Assembly (NCBI RefSeq): GCF_963921235.1
Contig: NC_086097.1
Coordinates: forward strand, 149,298,001 to 149,362,000
Origin: Mobula hypostoma
Lineage: Eukaryota
Length of the DNA: 64,000 bases
Direction: 5' to 3'
A model generated the notes under the pieces. That model worked only from the letters and a program-made list of their open reading frames with translations, ran no database searches and was not told the origin of the DNA. Shown in pieces: positions 25,074 through 37,707 of this stretch. The stretch's first letter is position 1. The number at the start of each line of letters is the position of its first letter. The position numbers and the translations under genes are program-made.

Positions 25074-25299
25074 ATTGCAGGAAAAATTCTAGCATGGATA
25101 AAACAGTGGCTGATTGGCAGGAAGCAAAGAGTGGGAAAAAAGGGAGCCTTTTCAGACTGGCTGCTGGTGACTTGTAATGTTCCACAGGGGTCGTGAGTTG
25201 GGACTGATTCTTTTTACGTTATATGTTAATGATTTGGATGATGAAATTGATAGCTTTGATATAAAGTTTCCTGATGATACGAAGATAAGTGGAAGGGCA

Positions 25300-26155
25300 G
25301 GTAGATTGGAAGAATGGGCAGAGAAGTGGCAAATGAAGTACAATGTTGGAAAGTGTATGGTTATGCACTTTGGCAGAAAAGATAAACGGGCAGACTATTA
25401 TTTAAATGGGGAAAGAATTCAAAGTTCTGAGATGCAACAGGAGTTGGGAGTCCTCGTACAGGATTCCCTTAAAGTTAACCTCCAGGTTGAGTCGGTAGTG
25501 AAGAAGGCGAATGCAATGTTGGCATTCATTTCTAGAGGAATAGAATATAGGAGCAGGGATGTGATGTTGAGGCTCTATAAGGCGCTGGTGAGACCTCTTG
25601 GAGTACTGTGGGCAGTTTTGGTCTCCTTATTTAAGAAAGGATGTGCTGACATTGGAGAGGGTACAGAGAAGATTCACTAGAATGATTCCGGGAATGAGAG
25701 GGTTAACATATGAGGAACGTTTGTCCGCTCTTGGACTGTATTCCTTGGAGTTTAGAAGAATGAGGGGAGACCTCATAGAAACATTTCGAATGTTAAAAGG
25801 CATGGACAGAGTGGATGTGGCAAAGTTGTTTCCCATGATGGGGGAGTCTAGTACGAGAGGGCATGACTTCAGGATTGAAGGGCGCCCTTTCAGAACAGAA
25901 ATGTGAAGAAATTTTTTTAGTCAGAGGGTGGTGAATCTATGGAATTTGTTGCCACGGGCAGCAGTGGAGGCCAAGTCATTGGGCGTATTTAAGGCAGAGA
26001 TTGATAGGTATCTGAGTAGCCAGGGCATCAAAGGTTATGGTGAGAAGGCGGGGCAGTGGGACTAAATAGGATATTTAGGATCAGCTCATGATAAAATGGT
26101 GGAGCAGACTCGATGGGCTGAATGGCCTACTTCTGCTCTGTCTTATGGTCTTATG
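25300..26155 (+). mobile_element. Younger CR1 3' end nested in a CR1
   Basis: RLEEWAEKWQMKYNVGKC...LERVQRRFTRMIPG, ending in its own cttatggtcttatgg tail. The host CR1 then repeats the same region. Confidence 0.8.
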
Positions 26156-27339
26156 GATATAGAAGGACTTAGACAGATTAGGAGAATTGGCAAAGAAATG
26201 ATAGCTGGAATACAGTGTCGGGAAGTGTAGGCTCATGCACTTTGGTAGAAGCAATGAAAGGGTTGACAGTTTTCTAAATAGAGAAAAATTTTAAAAAATG
26301 AATGCAAAGGGACTTGGGAGTACTTGTGCAGATTTCCTAAAGGTTAATTTGCAGATTGAGTCAATGGTGAGGAAGGCAAATGCAGTGTTAGCATTGATTC
26401 AAGAGGACTGGAATATAAAAGCAAGGATGTAATGTTGAGACTTTATAAAGTACTGGTGATGCCTCAGTTGCAATATTGTGAGCAGGTTTGGGCCCCTTAG
26501 AAAGGATGTGCTGAAACTGAAGAGGGTTCAAAGCAGGATGATGAAAATGATTCCAGGATTGAATGGCTTGTCATATAAAGAGTATCTGATTGCTCTGGGC
26601 CTGTATTCACTGGAATTCAGAAGAATGAGGAATGACCTCATTGAAACCTCATTATAACCGTGATAGAGTGGATGTGGAGAGGATATTTCCAATGGTGTGA
26701 GAGTCTAAGATCAGAGGACACGGCCTCAGAATAGAGGGTGTCCTTTTAGAATGGAGATGAGGAGGAATTTCTTTAGCTAGGTGGTGGTGAATCTGGAATT
26801 CTTTGCCAATGGCATCTATGGAGACCAAGTCTTTATGTATATTTAAGGCAGAGGCTGATTAATTCTTGATTGGTCAGGGTATGAAGGGATATGGAGAGAA
26901 GGCAAGAGATTGGGCCTGAGAGAAAAATTGGATCAGCCATTATGAAATGGCAGAGCAGACTTTGGGCCAAACGACCTAATTCTACTCCTCTATCTATGGT
27001 CTTATGGTCTCATCTGGGAAACCAACCTTGTTATTTATCTTGTTTGGTTTTGCTTTGTATGATAGGAGGTGATGACATTCAGGCTCTGCCATAGCTATCA
27101 AGCATCTCTCTGCAATTCAAGTTTAGTCTTGAATTGCCACTTTGCATGTGAGATGGCTTTCTGGAGGGCATATTTGGACCCCTTGTAATTTTTTGGATTG
27201 CTAGTACTGAACACCACCGATCTAATTCACGGCAGGTTTTGAATCCCTTGGTTTTAAACTCAACCAGGGCTTGTAGATGGTGATATCTCTCCATGTATAT
27301 CTTTATAAAAGCTTGACAATCGTGGCATATTCATTCAGG

Positions 27340-27660
27340 TCCTCTAAGCCCATGAACATGGTTCAGTCCACTGACTCAAAGGAGCCTAGTAGCTGCTCCA
27401 TTGCCTCCAGTGACCTTTTTTGTGTTTTCTTCTAGTATCTTGCTCTTTATTCCCTGCCTATAAGCAGGTAGGAGGAAGACAGCCAGATGCTCAGATTTAC
27501 TGAAATACAGTCGAGGGATAGAGCAGTAGGCATTCTTGATGATAGTGTACCACTGCTCGACTGTGTTGTATCCTCTGGTGCTGCAGGTAATGCACTGATT
27601 GTAGTAGGGCAGAGTATTCTTCAAGCTAGCCTAATTGAAGTCCCCAGCAAGGATGTGAAA
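27340..27660 (-). mobile_element. Rex1/Babar-like endonuclease fragment
   Basis: Minus ORF YNQCITCSTRGYNT...IKNAYCSIPRLYFSKSEHLAVFLLPAYRQ. Confidence 0.7.
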
Positions 27661-28426
27661 GGCACCAGAGTTAGCAGTTTCTTGTTTGTTAATCATGGCA
27701 CTCAATTTATTGAGTGCTAATTTGATAGCTGCTTTTGGCAGATTGAGGACGATGTGGGAGGGAAGCATAAGATTGATCTTGGAGAAGGTTAAAAGGTCAG
27801 CATAACATCACAGTGGAAGGACATGTACTATGCTGTATTGTTCAATGTTCTGTGTTCATGATCTCTGATCTAATTTTGTACTTTTCAGGATTCTTTTATT
27901 TTGCCTTGTTCTCTCATAACTTTTAATTTAATTTCAACTGCCTTCTAATCTTTCATAGGTCTTCCCTTCTCTTCCCTTTTCCTTTCTCTATATTTTATGA
28001 CTTGCTTAAACCTGTTTCTAGATTTGGTTTTAAAACTGAAGTTACTAGAAACATTAATTCTGTTTGTCTCTCCACAGATGGAGCCTAACTTAGCATTTAT
28101 AACCATATAACAATTACAGCACGGAAACAGGCCATCTCAGCCCTTCTAGTCCGTGCCGAACTCTTACTCTCACCTAGTCCCACTAACCCGCACTCAGCCC
28201 ATAACTCTCCATTCCTTTCCTGTCCATATAGCTGTCCAATTTAACTTTAAATGACAACATTGAGCCTGCCTCAACCACTTCTGCTGGAAGCTCGTTCCAC
28301 ACAGCTACCACTCTCTGAGTAAAGAAGTTCCCCCTCATGTTACCCCTAAACTTTTCCCTTTAACTCTCAACTCATGTCCTCTTGTTTGAATCTCTCCCAC
28401 TCTCAATGGAAAAAGCCTATCCACGT

Positions 28427-29313
28427 TGTTACGTACCCCGTAACTGGGTTGCCAAACCAGCAGAAATGGATCACTCAGTTGGAGTCTGGATTACTAGAAC
28501 TAAGAAAGTTTTATTAAAGAAACAAGCCACACAGTACTCTAATCAAAAAGGATACTAAATGCAACAGTTCAGCAATGATAAACACACATGTACACAGAAT
28601 TAAGATAACAAGATTAATCAAGCTCTATCGTTGTCTAGGGGTAAATGACCAGTTTCAAAGTGACACAAAGTCCAGTTCAATTTAGTTCAGTTCGCAGTAA
28701 TCGTTGCCATGATGATGGACAGTGGGGGGGGGGGGGGGGAGAGAGAGAGCAAAACGAATGAATATTCAACACAGCTTCCACACAGACCTTCGCAGTCAGC
28801 TTTCGGGCGAGTCCTTTGTGATGTCATCTGAGGTCACCGACCGTGACCCCTCCGTTTCCAGATACGATCGTTTCCCTGCGCTGAACCTGGCACCCAGGCA
28901 AGGGTGGACACACACCAGGTTCCCGCCAATCGTGCCTTTCCACCCTGTGCGTCTATGGCTTGATCCCGCGATCAGCCGTCCAAAAGCTTCCCACCGACTT
29001 GTGAGAGGCGCGCCGCTTCCAGAGTCTCGTTACCTCGGGTGTCGTGTGTGTCCTGCCTTAGCGAACCTGTCCCTTTTTATCCCCCTGCTGGGGTATCGCC
29101 TGTCCATCACTTCAAACAGTTCAGGGTTCAAAGGGGGAGCTGCTCTTGACAGCTCCCGCCTTCTGTTACTCTCTCTCCCGTCCCTTCATTACACATCTCC
29201 AAATGCTGCTCCATTGTTTTCCTTATCTCTCTCTCTCCTGAAGACAGGTGGCAGACCAACTGCTGATCACACAGGACAGCTAACATCTTAATCTATTGTG
29301 TATTCTTGTCACA
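28427..29313 (-). mobile_element. Solo LTR (887 bp)
   Basis: TGTTAC...GTCACA termini with a 4-bp TSD, acgt, at 28423-28426 and 29314-29317. The CR1 sequence is continuous when it is removed. AATAAA and a GATAAAA box lie on the minus strand, so orientation is inferred. Confidence 0.9.
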
Positions 29314-29481
29314 ACGTCAACTCTATCTATCCCCCCTCATAATTTTAAATACCTCTATCAAGTCCCCCCTCTACCTTCTACGTTCCAAAGAATAAAGACC
29401 CAACTTGTTCAACCTTTCTCTGTAACTTAGGTGATGAAACCCAGGTAACATTCTAGTAAATCTTCTCTGTACTCTCTCTAT

Positions 29482-30321
29482 TGTTACGTACCCCGTAACT
29501 GGTTTGCCAAACCAGCAGAAATGGACCACTAGTTGGAGTCTGGATTACTGGAAACTAATAAAGTTTTATTAAAGAAATAAGTAACACAGTACTCTAATCG
29601 TAAGGATATAAATGCAACAGGTTAGCAATGATAAAACACACATGTACACAGAACTAGGGTAATAGGAATCAACCAAGCTCTATCGCAGTCTTGGGGTAAA
29701 ATGATCAGTCTTAAGTGACGCAGAGTTGAGTTCAGCTTAGTGCAGTTTGCAGTAATTGCTGTTGTGCCGTTGGGGTGGGGGAGAGAGAGAGAGAGAAATG
29801 CAAGTTTTGATTCAAGGAGACCTTTGATGTTCTTCGCAGTTGGCTTTCGGGCGGACCCTTTTATGTCTTCTATCCCGCTGTGGTCACCGACTGTGACCCC
29901 TCTGTTCCGGATACGACGGTTCTTCCGCGGTGAACCCGGCACCCAGGCAAGGGCGGACACACACACCAGGTTCCCGCCGATCATACTTTTTCACCCTGTG
30001 AGTTTATGGTCGGTTCCCTTGAACCAGACCTCCAAACTCCCACCGATTTGTGGGGGCACACCGCTCTTCCAGGGTCTCGTTATCTCGTGTGAGTCGTGCC
30101 TTAGCGAACCTGTTCTTTTTATCCCCCTGCTGGGGTATTGCCTGTCGATCAAACTTCAAACAGTTCAGGTTCAAAGCAAACGGTCTGTCAATATCTGAAT
30201 TGTATTTCTTTCTCGTTAATCTCTCTCTTCTCTCTTATTAGCATTTTGAATGTTTCTCCATTGTCTCCCTTATCTCTCTCTCATTAGCGTCAATCTTCTG
30301 ATAACTTGGTTTGTCGTCATA
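29482..30321 (-). mobile_element. Solo LTR (840 bp) related to 28427-29313
   Basis: TGTTAC...GTCATA termini with a 4-bp TSD, ctat, at 29478-29481 and 30322-30325. Confidence 0.9.
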
Positions 30322-32409
30322 CTATTTTGTTGACAACTTTCCTATAATTCGGTGACCAAAACTGTAAATTTGGCCTCACCAATGCCTTGTACAATTTCAA
30401 CATTACATCCCAACTCCTATACTCAATGCTCTGATTTATAAAGACCAGCAGACCAAAAGCTTTCTTCACCACCCTATCCACATGAGATTCCACTTTCAGG
30501 GAACTATGCACATTGTTCCTAGATCCCTCTGTTCTACTGCATTCTTCAATGTCCTACCATTTACCATGTATGTCCTATTTTGATTAGTCCTACCAAAATG
30601 TAGCACCTCACATTTATCAGCATTAAACTCCACCTGCCATCTTTCAGCCCACTTTTCTAACTGGCCTATAACTCTCTGCAAGCTTTGAAAACCTACTTCA
30701 TTATCCACAACTCCACCTATTTTAGTATCATTTGCATGCTTACTCATCCAATTTACCACCCCATCATCCAGATCATTAATGTATATGACAAATAACATTG
30801 GATCCAGTACAGATCCCTGAGGCACACCACGAGTCACCGGCCTCCAATCAGCCAAACAGTTATCCACCACCACTCTCTGGTGTCTCCCATCCAGCCATTG
30901 CTGAATCCATTTTACTACTTCAGTATTAATACCTAATGATTGAACCTTCCTAACCAACTTTCCGTGTGGGACCTTGTCAAAGGCCTTACTGAAGTCCATA
31001 TAGACAACATCCACCACTTTACCCTCGTCAACTTCCCCAGTAACCTGTTCAAAAAATTCAATAGGATTTGTCAAACATGCCCTTCCATGCACAAACCCAT
31101 GTTGACTGTTCCTAATCAGACCCTGTCTATCCAGATAATTATATATACCATCTCTAAGAATATTTTCCATCAATTTACCCACCACTGACGTCAAACTCAC
31201 AGGCCGATAATTGCTAGGTTTAGTCTTAGAACCCTTTTTAAATAATGGAACAACATGAGCAATACGCCAATCCTCTGGCTCCATTCCCGTTTCTAATGAC
31301 ATTTGAAATATTTCTGTCAGAGCCCCTGCTATTTCCACACTAACTTCCCTCAAGGTCCTAGGGAACATCCTGTCAGGATCCAGAGACTTATCGACCTTTA
31401 TATTCCTTAAAAGCTCCAGTACTTCCCCTTCTTTAATCATCATAGTTTCCGTAACTTCCCTACCTGTTTCCCTTATCTCACACAATTCAATATCCTTCTC
31501 CTTAGTGAATACCGAAGAAAAGAAATTGTTCAGAATCTCCCCCATCTCTTTTGGCTCCACACATAGCTGTCCACTCAAAGGGACCAGTTTTATCCCTCAC
31601 TATCCTTTTGCTATTAATATAACAGTAGAAACTCTTGGGATTTATTTTCGCCTTATTTGCCAAAGCAACCTCATATCTTCTTTTAGCTTTTCTAATTTCT
31701 TTAAGATTCTTTTTACATTCTTTGTATTCCTCGAGCACCTCATTTACTCCGTGCTGCCTATATTTATTGTAGATATCTCTCTTTTTCCGAACCAAGTTTC
31801 CAATATTCCTTGAAAACCATGGATCTCTCAAACTTTTAACCTTTCCTTTCAACCTAACAGGAACGTAAAGATTCTGTACTCTCAAAATTTCACCTTTAAA
31901 TGACCTCCATTTCTCTATTACATTCTTCCCATAAAACAAATTGTCCCAATCCACTCCTAAATCCTTTCGCATCTCTTCAAAGTTAGCCTTTCTCCAATCA
32001 AAAATCTCAACCCTGGGTCCAGACCTATCCTTCTCCATAATTATATTGAAACTAATAGCATTGTGGTAACTGGACCTGAAGTGCTCTCCAACACAAACCT
32101 CTGTCACCTGCCCTATCTCATTCCCTAACAGGAGATCCAACACTGCCCCTTCTCTAGTTGGTACCTCTATATGTTGCTGCAAAAAACTATCCTGCACGGT
32201 ACTCTCTGGTGTTACTGCCTTTATTTGGATAGTTCATTGTTTAAGTTATTGACACAAGACTTCATGATTGAAAATGGGTGGCTTGTCAGGTCAAAGGTCC
32301 TGTTCCTATTAGCTATGTTCATTTAAGCAAAAGTTGAAATTTGAAATAATGTAACTGTAGTGGCATGTCCAGATGTGAATTTTAATGACTTTTCATTTTT
32401 ATTAACCAG

Positions 32410-32541
32410 GAAACTCTGAGCCATTGATCCTTGAGCCAAAGCAGAATTCCGCACAAGCAGAGACATCAGGAACTAGGAAGAGGAAGGCCAGTGTTATCTA
32501 TTCATTTCAAGCAAAAAGAGCACGTCTCAACAAAATCACAG
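32410..32541 (+). CDS. PHF20L1: PHF20L1 coding exon, phase 1 to 1
   Basis: Acceptor ttttattaaccag|, donor |gttgga. 132 nt encoding (G)NSEPLILEPKQNSAQAETSGTRKRKASVIYSFQAKRARLNKIT. SFQAKRARLNKIT is a PHF20L1 signature. Confidence 0.95.
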
Positions 32542-32589
32542 GTTGGAATTTAGTTGAAAAGTCGTAATCATGTTGGCACAAGCATATCT

Positions 32590-35500
32590 TTGATGAATCC
32601 TCTAGCTTAGAGAATCACACAGGCAGATGGGATATGCCCCAGGCAATAAGAGAGACAAGAGATGAAATTGCTGAGGCCTTGACCAATATCTTTTACACAG
32701 ACAAGGTTCCAGAGAACTGATGAGTAGTTTAAGATTGTTTGATTATTTAAGCAGGGAGATAGGGATAATCCTGGAAGCTATGTCAATGCAGTGTACAGTG
32801 AGTTTCATGTCAGTTGTAGGGAAGTTATTGGAGAGACAGTCAGCATGGCTTTTTATGGGGCAAGTTGTGTCTTACTAACCTGCATGAGAGTTTTGAGGAG
32901 TTGATGAAACTTTTCTGGGCTAAAGTGATTTCAGTGTCAGGACAACCCATGACTGTTGCGGGCAAAATTTCTTGACCACCTTAAAGATTCTGATAAGTTA
33001 CGAAGAAGTTCACTGGGGGCTTCTGGTTTGTTATGCTTTTTTTCCTTCATGGAGACAAGCACATTTGTATGCAGAACACCAGATACCTTTCCCTTAATTC
33101 ACAATGGTATATTATGGAGGGGGTGGTGGTAGAAGATGAGTGCAATAGTGATAGAGAATTACATAGGAGATGACAGGAAATTCCGTGGATGTTGCCTTCC
33201 AGGTGATAGGGTCTCTGATCGGGTCCACAGCATTCTAATGGGGAAGGAGGAATATCCAGAAGTCGTGGTATATACTGGTACTAAAGGCATACGTAGGAAA
33301 ATGAAGGAAAATACGTAGGAAAATACTTAGGTCCTGAAGAGAGAATATAGGGAACTAAATGGAAAGCAAAAGCAGGATCTCAAAAGATCTCTGGATTGCT
33401 ACGTGTGCCACATGCCATTGAGGTTGAGAATAGGATGATTTGGCAGATGACTGCATTGCTAAGGAATAGGGGCAGGGGTTAGGGTATCAGATGTTTGCAT
33501 CATTGGGAGTTCTTCCGAGGAAAGTATGACATTTACAAAGGACAGGTTACACTGGAAGTCAAGAGGAACCAAGATTTTCCAGAGCAGTTCGGGGGGGGGG
33601 GGCGGGGTGAGTGTTAAACTAATTTGGCAGGAGGATGGGAACCAGAGTGACAGAGCAGAGGATAGGGCAGTTGGTATACAAGTTGATGCAGTGTGTGATG
33701 AGATTGTGAGGAAGGATAGGCAGGTAAGAGTCAGTGGGATGGGTTGAAGTGTTTTTTTAAATTGTAGGTTCAACAGGTTGATACAAAGAGCACAAAGTAA
33801 AGGGGACGGTGCAGGAGAGGTTGCAAAATTCTCCAGAATAAATAAAAAGACAAAATTTAGAAAAGGGATAATAATTTAACTTCTGGTAACATGGGGACAA
33901 AATACACAAGGATGATGAAACATAAGGGTGTTGTATTTGAATGCATCTAGTAATTGGCAGGCCTGATAATGTGGGCATTACTGTCATGTGGCTGAAAGAT
34001 GATCATGTTGCTCAACATCCAAGGATACACAAGGTATTGAAAGAACAGGCAGATATGCAAAGTGGGTAGGCTGGTTCTGTTTTGGGGAAAAAATAAATCA
34101 AATCCTTAGAAAGAGGTGACCTAGGATCGTAAGATGTAGAATCCTTGTGAGTAGAGTTAAGAAAGAGCAAGGGTAAAAAGATACTAGTGGGAGTTAGATA
34201 CGGGCATCTGAACAGTAGCTGGGATGTGAGGTATGAATTACAACAGGAGATTGAAAATTGCATGTAAAAAGGGCAATGTTGTGATAGTCATGGGGGAATT
34301 TCAATATGTAGGTAGGTTGGAGAAAATCAATCTGAAGAGAAGGAATTTATAGAATGCCTACAAGATGGCTTTTTAGATCAGCTTATGGTTGAACCCATTC
34401 AGGAAGAGGTAATTCTGGATTGGGTGTTATGTGATGAACCAAATTTGCATAGGGAGGTTAAGGTAAAAGGATCCTTTAGAGGCAGTGATCATAATATGTT
34501 AGAATTCACCCTGCATTTTGAGTGTGACAAAATAAAATTTTATCAGTATTACAGTGGAGTAAAAGGAATTAGAGGCTTGAGAGATGAGCTGGCCAAAGTT
34601 GATTTGAAGGGGGCGCTAGCAGGGATGACGGTAGAGCAGCAAAAGCTGGAGTTTCTGGAAGCAGTTTGGAAGGTGCAGGATAGTTACATCCAAAGAAGTA
34701 GTATTCTGAAGGAAGAATGAGGCAACCATGGCTGGGAAGGGAAGTCAAAGACAGCATAAATGGAAAAGAGAGGGCAAAAATTAGTGGGAAGCTACAGGAT
34801 TGGGAAGGTTTTGAAAATGTACAGACGTCAACTAAAAATTGCTATAACGATGAAGGTAAGCTATCCAATAACACAAAAGAGGATACCAAAAGTTGTTTCA
34901 GATACATAAAGAGTAAAAGAAAGGCGGAAGTGGATTTCAGATTGTTTTAATGGGACACTGGAGAGGTAGTAATGGGGAACAAAGAAATGGCGGATGAAGT
35001 TAAGAATTTTGCATCAGTCTTCACTGTGGAAAATGCTTACAATATAACGGAAATTTGAGTGTGTCGGAAGAGGAGTGAGTCTAGTTGCCATTACTAAGGA
35101 GAAAGTGCTGAAAGGTCTGAAGATTGCAAAGTCACCTGAACCAGATGACTGCACCCCAGACTTCTGAACAAAGTCTTTTCAGAAATTGTGGAAGCATTAG
35201 CAATTATATTTTAGTAATCATTTAGTAGTTTCAAGAATCACTATATTCTCAAATGGTTCCACAGGATAGATAAACTACAAATGTCACTCTACTCTTTAAG
35301 AAGGGAGGGAGACAAAAGCAAGAAATTATAGGCCAGTTAGCCAAAGTTTCATGGATGGCAAGATGTTGCAGTCCATTAATAAGGATGAGGTTCGGAGTAT
35401 TTAAAGTCTCATAATAAAACAGGCCAAAGTCAGCGTGGTTTCCTTAAGGGGAAATCTTGCTTTGTCAAATCTGCTAGAATACTTTGAGGAAAACACAGGC

Positions 35501-35860
35501 AGGATAGACAAAGGAGAACCAGTGGATGTGGTTTACTTGGATTTTCAGAAGGCCTTTGATAAGGTGCTGCACATGAGGCTGCCTCAGAATAAAAGGATGT
35601 CCATTTAGAGTAAGTGAGGAGGAATTTCTTTAGCCAGAGGGCAGTGAATATGTGGAATTCATTTCCATGGATGACTGATGGCCAATTCATTGAGTATATT
35701 TAAAGCGGATATTGACTGGTTCTTGATTAGTATGGGTGTCAAATATTAGGAGAAGGCAGGAGAATGTGGTTGAGGAATTATAAATCAACCATGATGATGG
35801 AATGGCAGTGTAGACTCAATGGCTGGATGGCCTAATTCTGCTTCTATATCTTATAGTCTA
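32590..35860 (+). mobile_element. Decayed CR1 pieces including ORF1 esterase-like and ORF2 remnants
   Basis: GCCLPGDRVSDRVHSIL...PEVVVYTGT (SGNH esterase-like ORF1), ILDWVLCDEP...GSDHNML (endonuclease) and DFQKAFDKV. Confidence 0.75.
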
Positions 35861-36203
35861 ATAAGTTTTTCATGTGTTGATCATTCTGATCAAATGTATT
35901 TGAATTCCCACTTCCCAGTTGGTATTCCTTTGTACATTTTTACTATTCTACCTTAATGTTTGCCTTATCATATGATAAATAATCTCCCTTTCATATGACA
36001 AACATCTTGCAGGCTGCCCGTTGCATTCTCTTATAATTTAAAAATATTTAGATATACATTTTTATTCTGTTTTCTTTTCGCTTAATTTTTTGACCAGAGA
36101 CCGACACTTAACCGTTTGGCTTCTGTTATTCATTTCTGCAGTTGGAGATTAAATTAAATAGATTTGGAAGTGGCTGCAGTTGCTGCAAACTGGAAGTAGA
36201 AAC

Positions 36204-36314
36204 AAACTGCTGGAGGAGCTCGGCAGGGAAGGCAGATCTGCAGACGGAAATGGACTTCGACAGTCCTTTATCCTCCACAGATGTTGCCTGACCTGTTGAT
36301 TCCTCCAGCAGTTT
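36204..36314. repeat. Short fold-back made of two inverted PLE pLTR ends
   Basis: aaactgctggagga (36204-36217) pairs with tcctccagcagttt (36301-36314), and looser complementarity continues inward. Confidence 0.65.
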
Positions 36315-37624
36315 AATATGTTAAAGATTGATTTAATTATGTGACCCGGCCATAGCTCACTTTGTACATTCAAAAGAGTTTAATTAATTTTTGAATGTTT
36401 AAAGTATTGTGATATATTGGATTAGTATAGTGAAGTGGTGAGGTAAAAGATTGCCCATGAACTTATTGAATGGCACAGTGATCTGAGGGAACAAGTTGAT
36501 AACTCTGAAATTCTTATCTGAATATAGAATTAAACAGGAGCTGCAAGTATGCCATACAGATTACTTGAAAATCCACGAAAACATTGGAATTAAAATTATA
36601 TTAATCAGAATTATGAGGAATGTTTGTATAGATTACAGTAGCTTGACCTGTTGGTCAGTGTCATATATTTTGAGCAACCTGGGATGTAGACCATGGCGTA
36701 CAAATTTTGTGAATCACAGTTATGTTCTTAGCCATGTATTCTTTGCCTTATTTTAAAGTAGCAGCGTGCTTTTTGTGTGGAAATTCCAAAATCACGGTCC
36801 TAATAAAAGATAATCACTAATAAATGTATCAAATAATTCAGGAGAAACTTCTTAACCCACATTATTGCCTTCTCCACTGTCAGTGTAGTTAAGGAACATA
36901 GTGCAAGCAGCAAAAAAATAGAAAAGCACGTGAAGGAAATTGGGTGGAGTATGATGCTATTTTGAATGAAATGGTGTTATGACATGTTGAACACAAATAG
37001 GAGCATACTTTGGACTGTAAGGATAACTTTTGCTTTGCAAATTCTGTGTAATTTACAGAAACTGGGTTGTTCTCTATCCAGAATTCTAAGTAAAATGTGA
37101 ACAATTAGAAATAATTTATTAAAAAGTTAAAAGACTCATTGCAAATTTGGTGAATCTACTATCTTACACAATTCATAAAAACTTTTAATTATACACAATT
37201 ATGATTTTGTTATCAAAAAAAGTCTTAAATTTTGTCACTTGCTGTGAACTGTAGGTCTGTATCATTTGTTAGTGAATTTCTTTTATTTTAATTTTTATTC
37301 CACTAATAGTTTATTCTTTACTGCTGTCTACAATAAAAGTATTGCAGTTGATAAAACTAGCTTTTTGAGACATTTTCCACATCCAACAACATTAGAAAGC
37401 CGAACTGCTGAATAAATATTTGCTGTCATTTGAAGGGTTTGTTTTTAATGAGATAATACTAGATTCCTTTGTATTTCTAAGTGGATATTGAGCGAGAATC
37501 TAATGGGCAAAGCCCTTGTATTCTAGCATTCACCAGCGGTCGCTTGAGATGAGAAACTTTCTTGCACTGTCATATTTGTTCACTTCTAGCAGTGACATTG
37601 TTTGGTAAATTATCTATTCTGTAG

Positions 37625-37707
37625 GCCTATTAGCGTCAAAAGCTGTGAGTGGTGATGGTTCTGAATTACTAGAAGATAGGATTGGAAGCCACCCTGTGCC
37701 TGATCAG
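37625..37707 (+). CDS. PHF20L1: PHF20L1 coding exon, phase 1 to 0
   Basis: Acceptor ttctgtag|, donor |gtatga. 83 nt encoding (G)LLASKAVSGDGSELLEDRIGSHPVPDQ, which continues the KITGLLASKAV motif. Confidence 0.93.

Larger units (their letters stand above)
22110..27010 (+). mobile_element. CR1 LINE (host) carrying nested Rex1, RTE and younger CR1 insertions
   Basis: QHSFLKGRSCLTNLLEFFEEVT, then DFQKAFDKVP, GLILFTLYVNDLDD and the remaining 3' end at 26156-27010 with a (CTTATGGT)-type tail. Confidence 0.85.
28080..32197 (-). mobile_element. CR1 LINE ORF2 (5'-truncated, few lesions) hosting two solo LTRs
   Basis: ORFs 31502-32197 and 30496-31578 contain NYRPVSLTSVVGKLME, VYMDFSKAFDKVPH, GVPQGSVL.P and the ADD-equivalent (ANDTK). 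The 3' end is near 28100. Confidence 0.95.

Noticed and set aside
28722..30198. ORFs of 189 aa and 152 aa as novel genes
   Set aside because: They lie wholly inside solo LTRs, have no recognisable domain, and do not keep a shared frame throughout.
28427..30321. A single TRIM or mini LTR-retrotransposon (LTR, short internal region, LTR)
   Set aside because: Each LTR has its own TSD, and the spacer is continuous CR1 sequence.
30496..32197. Active CR1 reverse transcriptase
   Set aside because: The element is 5'-truncated and frameshifted, its catalytic motif reads ANDT, and its 3' end is interrupted by LTRs.
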